From the NCBI RefSeq assembly GCF_009914755.1, contig NC_060936.1: a DNA stretch of 64,000 nucleotides; one strand, given 5' to 3'. This document shows positions 52,391 through 64,000 of the stretch, piece by piece (position 1 is the first letter of the stretch; every line of letters begins with the position of its first letter). The notes beneath the pieces were generated by a model that saw only the letters and a list, made by a program, of their open reading frames with translations, had not been told where the DNA came from and did no database searches. This stretch comes from the human T2T-CHM13v2.0 reference genome, Homo sapiens. The position numbers were made by a program, and so were the translations under genes.

Positions 52391-54316
52391 CCTTTTACCA
52401 ATAATTTGCTTATGGTGAAATGGTGGGAAGGAGTCCTGCACATCTTTTCCTGTATCTTACCAGTGCGCTTTTGAGGTATGTGCTTTAAAGTCAAATGCTG
52501 ACTCTACCACTGTTCACATTTTGAAATGAGGAAAGAGAGGCTCTGTGAGGTTATATGAATTCCTTATGGTTACAGAATCAGTAATCTGAAGACCTTGAAT
52601 CTAGACTTTTAAATACAGGAATGCTCAGAGAGCTATAGGTAGTTTTAAATTTAACCAATTTGCCATTTACACGTTGGAGCAAGCGCTGGCATACTTATAT
52701 TATAAAAAGCAAGATATAAATACTTTATGCTTTGTGAGCTACACAGTCTCCATTATGACTATTCAATAGAAAAGCAGCTATAGAAAATATGTAAACAAAT
52801 AGGTGTCATTCTGTTCTAGCTTTAAACAATCAGATGGTCTTTTTTTGTTTCAGACCCAATATAACCACAAAACTTGTTCAATAGACCTAAACTCAATCCA
52901 GCCCTAGGTTATCTATTAAAAACTTGCCAGCAGTCACGGTTTTTATTCCTTTTTTAATGTACATAAATTTTCTCAAAGAATGACTTATTAACTCCTTCAC
53001 ATATTTTAATTTTAAAAATAATAGAGACTTAAGGTTTTAAAGAACAAGAAATTTTGAGCCTTTTCAAGAGGCTTTGTGGAAATCTATATATTCTATTTCT
53101 GATGGTCGCTTAGAGTTAACAAAAAATTAAGGTTGTTATGGCATGGTCCCTGAACACGTGAAAGAAAAGTGAAAAATCTAGTCATCTGTGCATCATTTAT
53201 AAACAAGAAGGCATTAAAATAGTCAGCAATTTTTACAAAAAGACGCAACCTTTTTGTTTTCCTTTCCTTTTCCTGAATGCTTTGGTTCTAAAAGTCTAAA
53301 AACTCCTATAGGCTTTTTGATCTTTGGTTTCAGAGACAATTTTAGTACCTTAAGTTGACTGTTCACATACCTCACAAAAGTGTGCCCCTGACATATTCTC
53401 AACTAATAGCTGGTTGACAAAATGAATAATCCTATTAAAAATGAAATCAGCTATGGTAACTTTATATAGAGTGATGGATCACTCAGCATTGCCAAGTTAA
53501 GTATTGACTGGAGGCTAAAAAGAATGAAAGAGAGAGATTTCATTAAAAGTGGAAACATTACTGAAAGTAAAATAAAACATTTTGGAATAAAATATACAAG
53601 GGCCTGGTAAGTATGTTATATGTTAAGGCAAAAATCCAATTTCTTACTAAGAGAGTATAAAATAGAAACATGATCTAATAAAGTCTAAAATGAGGATTCT
53701 AACAAGCATTCCTAGATAAAAATCATATTGTTTCATTTTACAACTTGCCTTTTTATTCCTGACAGACTCCAGGTGTATTTGAACGAAAACTCAGTTATTT
53801 AAACTGACTTAAAAGTTGTGTCCTTTCATTGTATATATAAAGAAAAACTACTGTAATTAGAAAAACTTTACTTAGAGCTTCTTCTAACCGAAAATTAAGT
53901 AGACAAACACTGTATTAAGGGCTGCAAAGCAAGACCCTCAAAAGATCTTTGTATTTAATGCCCACCCTAACATAAGAACACATTTGTTTAAATGTTTTAA
54001 ATAACATTTCATTTTTGTATAAACTTTCATAGCAAAGAATCTCAAAGGATTTTATGAACACGATTAAACAGAAATCATGCATGGATGTTGTGTCCTTCAC
54101 TTTTAAGTTGCTACCATTTCTCTCATCGTTCAGCAGCAAATCTAACTGTAAAATATCTTCTTACAGGAAAAAGACATCTGGTGGTCACTAAGAACAGGAA
54201 GGAGGTGGCACACCCAAAGAGAACTATCATGGAGTCTAAGCACAGCTTAGGTTCCAATATCTGAACCACATCCATGGCAAACAAATATAAATAAAATCAC
54301 CCTTGGCAATCCCTTT

Positions 54317-54400
54317 GTTTTTTTATTTGTTTGTTTGTTTGTTTTTTAGACAGAGTCTCGCTCTGTTGCCCAGGCTGGAGTGCAGTGGTGCAATCACAGA
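54317..54400 (-). mobile_element. Severely 5'-truncated Alu (last ~50 nt plus tail) with TSD
   Basis: AGACAGAGTCTCGCTCTGTTGCCCAGGCTGGAGTGCAGTGGTGCAATCACAG, with AATCCCTTT at 54308-16 and 54401-09. Confidence 0.85.
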
Positions 54401-57400
54401 AATCCCTTTAAATTGCCCAAAACATACGGCATCCTTTTGACTTTATGTAGCATAACCCTGAACACTCTAAATTCTACGTTTAATTCTATGTAAGTCCATA
54501 CATAAATTTACAGGCATTCAAACCATCGTACCCCTTAAAATAACCCTCAAATCCCTAAAGGAATGGAGCTAAGTAAGTGGAAAGTTCTAAAACCTTCTTA
54601 TTTGCCTGCTCCATGTACTCCTGTTTTATTATTAAACCTCAAGAGTTTTAGTACATATTACCAGATTGAAATTTGCTTGTTGTTAGAGCAAAGAAGAGAA
54701 GCATGTGTTGGGGCAAAGGAGAGACAGAGATATTGGTTCTAATAGTCTCTTTTATTTTATCCACTGCAAGAACTTCTCCTTGAACCTGAAGGTGTTTATT
54801 AACTTAGGGACCACAGAGCTGATTACTCATGAACTAGGTAAAAGTTATTAATATGTTAGTTTTAAATAAAAAGGTATGTTGAGCAGATTACAGAAAAATA
54901 TACAGATATGGAAAGAATATGGTTCTGGTATTCTCAAAAAATTCCACCAAAGGATGACTGGAGTGATGGCCTCAGCAAAGTGATGGACTAGCATAGGTCC
55001 CATCACTATCCCATTCGGAATCCCCTGTTGTCATCCTGGTTCTGAATCAGCATCATCAACACTCAAAATTCTATGATTTTAATTTGTCAAAATGAATCTA
55101 AACCATAGTGTCAGCAACAGAAAGCTCAAATTCGGACTTAAAAAATAAGATCACAAAGTCTTTACTTAGAATGCAATCCCCACCTTGAGCACAAATCCCT
55201 TTTCTCCCTTGCGTAGGTGCCTAAAATGTAAAAGAGGCCATTTTATTTCACACTTTCAGTGTATCTCAGTGGAGGAAAAAACTACCGTTTGCAGCACCAG
55301 ACATAAGTGTGAATAGTTTCAGACAGTCAACAATTAATGGGTAAACAGTACTTGGGATTGGGAGACAGACAAGAAAACTAGAGTGCACATTAAGTATTGA
55401 TGGTCAGAAACAATCCTAACCGGATGCCAGAAAAAAAAATACTAATGCTCTTTTATTTCTTTACTACACAGAATGACTTACTTGGCAAAACTACTTTTTA
55501 AAACAGCAGCTCAATTCACCTATCCAGAATGAACATTTGCTTTCCAATCCTTTCATATGCAGCAGAAGAATAGATTTAATAAACAATAAAGGAAATTATA
55601 TTCAGGAAATTATTTTTATGTCAAACATTTTCTAAAATGCTTAAAATAACAAATGTTATTAATAAACATGACTATTTGTTCCACTTATTTTGAAGAGAAT
55701 TGATGGCATAACCACCAATTGGAAAACTGATATCATTCTGTAGCCAGGAGAATTTAAATCTTTCAGCATTTTACATTTTGAGGCCCTCTTTTATATACAG
55801 ACATGAATATTTTAATCAGGCATAATATTTTCCAAATATTGTCACAAATAATGGCATCAGGAAACTTCTGAGGAAGGATGTCTAATAATCAGAGTTTACT
55901 CAAAAAACCTCCTGGTTTCCACTAATAAACTATAATACAACCATGACATTTTTTCTTTTTTCAGATGTAAGCCCTGGAGGAGAACCTATTTCCTACCCAA
56001 TATTGCCCTAAATGTGCCCCTCCCTAGCCCTGAGCCCTTTGATTTTTAGAGTTTTAAAACTATTCTATATAAACAACTTGACAACATATAGCTATGGAGT
56101 GTGGCTTTTCTTGCTGTAAATACTCAAACTTAACAATTTTCAGGGATGAAGCACTGACAACTCTACTTTCATCCATGACCTGTAAATCTGTGTTACTGTG
56201 TTTAACTGTCACCACCTTTCAAATATATTTCATAACAAGAGGAAAGGGAAAGCTAATTTCTTCCATTATGGGCTGAGGGGCAAAATCACAATCTGATTTA
56301 TTATTGTGATACTATGTAATTGGTGATCCAATTGGCCCTCATTATTTTCTTCTAGTCAATGGAAGACTAACCTAAGGTTAGGACTCTGAAGATTTTGGGC
56401 AATTTTTTCTCTATCACAAGTTCATATATGATTAAAGTGCTACTTGGGACAAAAACAAAATGAGCAAATGAAATAGTCATTGAGAAAAACAACTGGAATC
56501 TCCATAGCCACCTCATTAGCTTATTAGGAGGATTAAAGGAGCTATTTTGAAAATGGCTGCTAACCTATAAAGCAGTACAGAACATGGAATGTAAGCTCTA
56601 CAAGGGCCGAGACAGTCATCTGTCTTGTTAACTGATTATGCCAATGGCCTAGAACAGAGCCTGATACATGGGAGACACTCAGTAAGCATGTGCTGAATGA
56701 ATGAAATATATGGTATATTTAATAGTAGGTAACAAAAAATAACGAAAAATAATGAAACCAAAATGCATGCAGAAGCATAAATCCCGCAGTTAAACGGTGC
56801 TATATTTCACCAATGAACTTAAAAATAACTCTGGGGCTTTCTTATTCAAATTTAGATGTGGTGCACTCAACAAATTAAGTCTGGGAAAAAAGGGGGTAGT
56901 CAACATGCAGAAATTACTAAAATCAGATTTTGTGTTCCACTCCCAAGTTAGTGTCTAAAGGATCAGAACTGGTTGTTGGATAACATTTCAGAAAAATATG
57001 GTATTATCTTCCCGAAAACAAAGCTTCTCCAACTCTTATGCTGTCCCCAGAACACCAAATCACTATTTCATCCTCACCTAATTTCCACCTGATAGAAAAA
57101 ATTGTTGGCAGTCCATTATAATTTCATAATTGTACACTGCATAAAATAATTCCCACATTTGGTAAGGCAAGAATCTGTAATTTAAATAAAACCGGGGCAA
57201 TGTTCAGAAAACTACATTCTTTATCCAATTATAAAAATAAATCAATATAAATTCTGGTTTTTAAGCAGCATATTTGTGGGGTCAAATTAATGAGATTTTA
57301 GTTTTCTTCTTTAGATATTTTTCTAGTTTCAGAAACTAATGTTTTCTTTACAAGAATAATTTGTTAAAAAACAAAGGTTGTTTGTTCAAATGAAAATTAA

Positions 57401-59133
57401 TCTAGAACATCATATCTTCAATGAGTGTTGAATAAAATATTTGGAAAAATACATGCTTAAACTGTATTAGAATACTTCAAAAGGGAATATAAATTCTTAC
57501 AACCCTCGTAATTATTCCAAAAACAATGTTTGCAATTGGACACTTTGGTTAAGTGTACAAGAATGAATATGTTCTTGAAAATAAAAAGAATGTACTTAGG
57601 AAAACTTTTAACCTTTAGTTGCAATATTTTGAAATAAGTATAGTAAATTATTTTTTAGGGTTATTGAAATAACTGCACTTGATTTGCATTTATTTTATTT
57701 AAATGTAATCTGTGAAATCTGCAAAGGTTAAAATTAAATATCTTTTCATGGCGGAGACAATTATGATTAGAAAAAGCTTAGGAATCCTTGAAAAATAACT
57801 TCTATCAACACAATGCCAAGCCACCAAAAGTTATGCAAATCAACAAATTTTCTGGAAAATGTTATTTTTATGAAATTTAATTTATTAACTCTCTTCCAAG
57901 TGAATCTGCTTTATGCCTAATTTTTCTAATACTTCAAAAAGAACAGAGAGGCCCAAATTTCCATAAACTTTGCCTTAACTGTTTGTTCCTCTTTCAGGGT
58001 GCAAAAAAGGTTCCCTAGCATTTAGGTTTTACACTAGGTGAATGAGACCGGTGTTCATATAGTTATATTTGTTCCATTCTGTTAGTAACCATTTCAAAGT
58101 GAAAGACCAAGACAGGTTCTAAACATGTTAAATTCTATAAAGCCATTAGCAATAAATTTGATCCGGCAGTTTGCTGGGACAATGGAAACTGCTGAAAAAG
58201 CGTCTATTAGTCATTCTGGACAAACCCATCGGGATTAAAAGAATGAGTTAAGATCGTTTAAGGACGCAGCCAAAAAAAAAAAAAAATCCAATTGGGTCTC
58301 AGTTTCTGAGTCTCTAAGAGGCTTTTCCCTTTTATCACTGACAATTTCAGGAAGCCCTACATAATATTTGCTAATATTTGACTAAATTGTCGGCATCCTT
58401 CTTCCCAGTCCCACTAGTTAGGTTTTATACGGTGATTAAAATAAACCCAAACTGCCCTTCTTTCGGTAAATTCTTATTTATTGGTGAACTTCCTACTCCA
58501 GTTGCCAATTCAGCTGTTTTTCAGCTCAGCACAAATAAAAAGTCGGCCTTCATTTCTTTGCGCCTAAAGTGATCCAAAATTTAAGAGTGGAGAAAGCCAG
58601 AACTTTGCGCAACTCTCCTTCCAAAGATCTTTGCGCGCGTTCCTGAGCTACCCCGACCATCCTAACAGTTTCAGTGGCAAAATCTCCCCAAGTTGGGCCG
58701 CGCAAAGCTCTCCTTGTCAAGAACTTTTCTGAGAGCTGGTGTCGTGCAGCCCGGGAAACAGGACCGGGCAGGTTAGAAACGTTGAACTTGGTGAAACCCC
58801 TTGAGACTGATCCAGGCAGGCCGTAGAACCCTCAGAGTTTCCCAGTTAAGGCCAAAAAGTTAAGCAGCCCTACCACCTGTTGAAAGAAGGGAACAGCAAA
58901 GAAGCTGGTGGAATGGGATGGGATGGGGCAAAAAAGAATCACAGAAAGTGGTGTGCCTCCGCCTGGGCCCCCTACTCCCGAAGTGGCATCTCCACTAAAG
59001 CTCGAGATGCTCCAGGAAGTTCCCAAACCGGCTCTCCCTGGGCGCAGTGCGCACCGCCGGCGCTCCCAGATCCCTGGACCACCCGGCCTGGGGGCGCGGG
59101 CGCGGCTGGGGAGGGAGGGGAGAGCTGGCTCAC

Positions 59134-59536
59134 CTGGCGCTGAAGGCTGGAAGGTACAGTCTCGGTCCCCCGGAGCCCGGCCCGGCAGCCTCGCACTGTC
59201 CGCAGAGGGACTGAGCACTTGAAAAGCCCACCGCGTTCCGTAGGGCGCCCCGGCGGGGCTAACTTGTTCGGCTGCGGGGCACAGCTTTAGGGGAACTGGG
59301 CTAGCAGGCAGGGGCCGGAGCTGCGCGCCCGCGGTGGCCAGGGCGGTCGCCGGGTCGTGGGGCGCGGGCGGCTGCAGCCTGGGCGTTGGGGCGCCCCCGA
59401 CCCGCAGCAAATTCTCGATCAGGAAACTCTTGCCCAGGTTGCCAAAGCCGGGCGCAGCGGGGAGGTTGAGGAGCGCGGAGGAAGCCACAACGTCCCAGTA
59501 CGCACCGGCGTGGGCTGCGACCGCGCTGGGGAGCAT
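59134..59536 (-). CDS. DBX2: DBX2 coding exon 1 (aa 1-134, Pro/Ala-rich, contains eh1)
   Basis: ATG at 59536 in context cgcactATGc. Part of ORF 58832..59602. Donor CCAG|GTGAGC at 59134/59133, phase 1. Confidence 0.96.
59405..59425 (-). other. DBX2: eh1 (Groucho/TLE-binding) motif FLIENLL
   Basis: TTC CTG ATC GAG AAT TTG CTG fits the FxIxxI/LL eh1 consensus typical of Dbx/NK-class repressors. Confidence 0.85.
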
Positions 59537-59699
59537 AGTGCGGCGCCAACCGGTCTGCTGCGCGCCCGCCTTGCGCCCGCCTGTCGCCCGGGCGCCCCGC
59601 ACCGCACCCAGAGCCGCAGCTTCTCGCCGCCGCCTCCCGCAGGGCTGGAGCGCGCGGAGCCAGGCAGGGAGGAAAGGCCACCCGGGACGGCGGCGGACT

Positions 59700-59960
59700 T
59701 GGAACGATATTATTTATTTGCGTTGGGCGTTTTTTTAAGGGATGGGAGGAGTGAGTGTGGGAGGGGGAAGCTGTGAGTTTCTCTGGCCGACAGCGTAGGC
59801 TCTGGGAGCGCAGGGGGGAGTCTTTCCCCCTCTCTATGCAGATCTGGACGGGTTTTTTTTTTGTTTTTTGTTTTTTTCTGGACGGACGGAAGGTGTGTCC
59901 AGCCCATCCATTCATGTCACCAGCCCCACAAAGTGACAGACGCGGCCAACAATAAGGGTA
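59700..59960 (-). promoter_or_regulatory. Putative DBX2 core/proximal promoter
   Basis: AT-rich TATA-like patches inside the island (TTAAAAAAA 59738-59730; AAATAAATAATAT ~59719-59707), a dA:dT tract at 59853-59877, SOX-like AACAAT 59948-59953 and TGACAG 59934-59939. Confidence 0.55.
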
Positions 59961-60813
59961 GTGCTGTGGCAAGGGGAGGGGACTCGTAGTGGGAGGAGGT
60001 GGGCGTGGAGGCGACGTGAATCGGGCGCGCTCGCCACCTCCCCGCTGCCGTGCAGAGCCGTGGCACTCTCGCTAGAGCCCAAGCAGTCCCCCAGGCGTGG
60101 GGTCTGGTGGACGCTGGCCTGGAGCGCCCGGAGGGCGGGGTGGGGGTGGGGGGGACGCGCTGTCGTCTGGGGTGTCTCCGCGTACTCCTGTTGGGCGAAC
60201 CCTGGCTCTCCGGTGTTGGTTGTCACTTGAGCAACTGATGGGCTTCCAGGGGAAGTAAACGGAGTCGCTAGTGGCTGGAGGGGCTGTTATCAGGGTCAGT
60301 GGAAGGTATCACCGAGACTGTTGTAGCTGTGCCGCCCTTGAAAAGTTACCTCTGAAAGAGTGGGTTGTTTGCGTATTAAACGAGGCCCTTATGTTATAAG
60401 GGAGAAGGAGATGTGTTTTTCTCGGAGACCTTTTAAGAAATTTCTGTTTCCAGTGACTCATTTCCGGTCACCTTTTAATAAGATTTGTTTTTAAGGATTG
60501 TGGGGAGAGCTGCATACAGCTCCTTCACTCTAGAAGAGAGGATCTAATACGTTTTGATCTAGAGAAGGAGCTCATAGTCGGAGTTGGTTAAATGCCAGAT
60601 GACAGATGGTTGCGTCCAAAACCTAGAGGGAAAAAACCACCACCAGGTCCTCCTAGACATTGGTAGTTGTGTACGTCTCTGCAGGGAGACGGGGATGAAA
60701 ACACTGCGTTACTTAGGATTACAGCTGGTCTTTTTTTTTCTTCTGAAAATTTAAGTATTTTAAAATTTATTAACAGTTTGCTAAGTGGGAACTGGACAGA
60801 TGAAAAGCATGGT

Positions 60814-60854
60814 TGTGTGTGTATGTGTATGTGTGTGTGTGTGTGTGTGTGTGT
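60814..60854. repeat. (TG)n microsatellite upstream of DBX2
   Basis: Visible run. Confidence 0.9.
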
Positions 60855-61525
60855 AAATAAAGCTTGCTTTTTAACCACAAGATGACTTTGGGAAGGCTGC
60901 TCCTTTAGGAAACTCTGTAACAGTGGAGTGTTAAAACTGTGAACTCTCTGCCAATTAACACTTACCATTGCTACTCTCCTGTCCAAATTTAGATGAATTT
61001 ATTCTGAATGAGATTTTTTAAGGATGCCTGTGAAGTTTGGAGTCACATTATATTTTTCCTCTTTATCCTAAGAATAATTTGGTCTCTGGCCTCAATTTAG
61101 TTAAAAGCTAGCCAGAGTTGCCAGGTTAGTAAGATAAATATTCTTTTTAAGTTCACCTTATGGTGAATTTAAATGCCCAGCTTCATCAAAGATGAGCGTA
61201 GGTAACTAAATTAATGAAGTTTGTTTTTTTTTTCTAAGCTGGTGGACAATTTTATGACGTGCCGCTAAATGGGAGGAAAGTTATTTGCAAGACTGATTTA
61301 TACTACCGATGTTCATTCACTTGTTGAGTTAGTCAGCAGACCTTTACTGAGCATTTCATATTTATTGAACACTTGTGGTGGTTTTGGGAATACATAGAAG
61401 AAAGATCTGGTCCTTGCCTCATGGGAATTCACAGCCTACTGGGAGGAGAAAAACAAGTAACATCTGAGGAAGGACTTCTAATTTGGAAGGAAAAACGTGA
61501 GAGAAAACTTTCTAAAGACAGTCTG

Positions 61526-62789
61526 TATTGTCATTCAGTTCGAAGAATTTTTTAATTTCCATCTTGATTTCATTTTTGACCCAATGATCATTCAGGAGCA
61601 GGTTATTTAATTTCCGTGTATTTGCATGGTTTTGAAGGTTCCCTTTGGAGTTGGTTTTCAGTTTTATTCCACTGTGATCTGAGAGAGTGCTTGATATAAT
61701 TTCAATTTTCTTTAATTTATTGTGGCTATTTTGGAGAAAGTTCTATGCACTGATAAATAGAATGTATATTCTGCGGTTGTTGGGTAGAATGTTCTGTAAA
61801 TATCTGTTAAGTCCATTTGTTCCAGGATATAGTTTAAATCCATTGTTTTTTTGCTGACTTTCTGTCTTGATGACCTGTCCAGTGCTATCAGTGGAGTATG
61901 AAGTCCCTCCACTACTATTGTGTTGCTATCTATCTCATTTCTTAGGTCTATTAGTAATGGTTTTATAAAATTAGGAGCTCCAGTATTAGGTGCCTGTCAA
62001 AACCTCTGGGATACAAGAAAGGCTTGCTAAGAGGAAAGTTCATAGCCCTAAATACCTACATCAGGAAGTATGAGAGAGCACAGACAGACAATCTAAGGTC
62101 ACACCTCAAGGAACTAGAGAAGCAAGAACAAAACCCAAACCCAGCAGAAGAAAGGAAATAACCAAGATCATCGCAGAACTGAATGAAATTGAAACAAAGA
62201 AAAGACAAAAGATAAATGAAACAAAAAGCTGGTTCTTTGGAGAGAGAAATAAAATTGATAGACCATTAGCAAGAATAACCAAGAAAAGAAAAGAGAAAAT
62301 CCAAGCAAGCTCAATTAGAAACATAATGGAAGATATTACAACTGACACTACAGAAATACAAGACATCATTTAAGGCTACTATGAATATCTTTATGCACAC
62401 AAACTAGAAAACCTAGAGGAGATGGATAAATTCCTGGAAAGATACAACCATCCTAGCGTAAATCAGGAAGAATTAGATATCCTGAACGGACCAATAATAA
62501 GCAGTGAGATTGAAATGGCAATTTAAAATTTACTGACAAAAACATTCCAGTACCAGATGGATTCACAGCAGAATTCTACCAGACATCCAAAGAATTGGTA
62601 CCAATCCTATTGACACTATTCCACAAGATAAAGAGGGAATCCTCCCTAAATCATTCTATGAAGCCAGGATCACCCTAATACCAAAACCAGGGAAGGACAT
62701 TACCAAAAAAGAAAACTACAGACCATTATCTCTGATGAACATAAATGCAAAAATCCTTAACAAAATACTATCTAACCAAATCCAACAAG

Positions 62790-62836
<47 letters not shown>

Positions 62837-64000
62837 ACCATGATCAAGTGGGTTTCATATCAGGGATGCAGAGATGGCTTAACATGCAAGTCAGTAAATG
62901 TGATGCACCACATAAACAGAATTAAAAACAAAAATTGCATGATCGCCTCAATAGACACAGAAAAAGCATTCAGCAAAATCCAGCATTCCTTTATGATTAA
63001 AATTCTCAGCAAAAGCAGCATACAAGGGACATATCTCAACGTAATAAAAGCCATCCATCTCTGACAAACCCACAGCCAACATAATACTGAATGGGGAAAA
63101 GTTGAAAGCATTCCTTCTGAGAACTGGAACAACATAAGGATGCCCATTCTCACCATTTCTCTTCAACGTAGTTCTGGGAGTCCTAGCCAGAGCAATCAGA
63201 CAAAAGAAAGAAATAAATGGCATCCAAATCAGCAAAGAGGAAGTCAAACTGTCGCTGTTTGCTGATGATAGGATTGTTTCCCTAAAAATCCCTAAAGACT
63301 CCTCCAGAAAGCTCCTAGAACTGATAAAAGAATTCAGCAAAGATTCCAGATACAAAATTAATGTACACAAATTAGTAGCTCTTCTATACATCAACAGCGA
63401 CCAAGCTGAGAATCAAATCAAGAACTCAACCTCTTCTACAATAGCTGCAAAAAAATAAAATAAAATATTTAGGAATGTATCTAACCAATGAGGTGAGAGA
63501 CCTCTACAAGGAAAACTACAAAAAGCTGCTGGAAAAAATCATAGACAACACAAACAAATGGAAACACATCTCATGCTCATGGATGAGTAGAATCAGTATT
63601 GTGAAAATGACTATACTGCCAAAAGCAATCTACAAATTAAACACAATTCTTACCAAAATACCACCATTATTCTTCCCAAAATTAGAAAAAACAATCCTAA
63701 AATTCGTATGGAACTAAAAAAGAGCCCACATAGCCAAAGCAAGACTACGCGAAATGAACAAATTTGGAGGCATCACATTACCTGACTTCGAACTATGTAA
63801 GGCCACAGTCACCAAAACAGCATGTTACTGGTATAAAAATAGGCACATAGACCAGTGGAACAGAATAGAGAACCCAAAAATAAACCCCAATACTTACAGC
63901 CAATTGCTCTTTGACAAAGCAAACAAAAACGTAAAGTGGGGATAGGACACCCTATTCAACAAATGGTGCTGGGATAATTGGCTAGCCACCTGTAGGAGAA
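61526..64000 (+). mobile_element. L1PB-type element with inverted 5' segment (61526-61993 minus; 61993-end plus), running off the window
   Basis: Minus segment encodes endonuclease-region peptides (MDLNYILEQMDLTDIYRTFYPT). Plus segment encodes disrupted ORF2/RT ([42 protein letters not shown]). Confidence 0.92.

Larger units (their letters stand above)
58600..60350. promoter_or_regulatory. CpG island spanning the DBX2 promoter, 5' UTR and exon 1
   Basis: Abrupt rise in GC and CpG density (many CGCG/GCGC) against a CpG-depleted, AT-rich background. Confidence 0.92.

Noticed and set aside
58880-60238. Many overlapping ORFs in the CpG island (e.g. 59301-59972, 59334-59738, 59357-59776)
   Set aside because: Stop codons are scarce in GC-rich DNA. 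They are low-complexity, have no recognisable domain and overlap DBX2 exon 1 in other frames.
61712-63945. L1 ORF2 fragments as an active retrotransposon
   Set aside because: 5'-truncated and inverted, no ORF1 or promoter, multiple stops and frameshifts.

Overview
This is primate, almost certainly human, genomic DNA containing the complete homeobox gene DBX2 on the minus strand. It has four coding exons (59536-59134, 44727-44632, 32504-32317, 25228-24896) with canonical GT-AG junctions. They splice to 1020 nt (339 aa plus stop), giving an N-terminal eh1 motif and a Q50 homeodomain split between exons 3 and 4. A CpG island covers the promoter and exon 1 (~58.6-60.35 kb). The rest is intron or flank filled with Alu, L1, L2, MIR, MaLR/ERVL LTRs, hAT MITEs and microsatellites; subfamily calls are by eye from remembered consensus sequences. 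I see no new multi-gene system. The best observations are: (1) a tailless, TSD-flanked 5S rRNA retro-fragment just inside intron 3; (2) an intron-1 acceptor plus a canonical-looking poly(A) site that could yield an eh1-only DBX2 lacking the homeodomain; (3) an in-frame CUG in strong Kozak context in the leader; (4) a cluster of local rearrangements in intron 1, including a perfect 28-bp hairpin, an 82-bp tandem duplication and templated-insertion scars; (5) an intact MLT2A LTR with a DUX4-like site; (6) a twin-primed inverted L1; and (7) several candidate HOX/SOX enhancers. All functional interpretations are untested inference.
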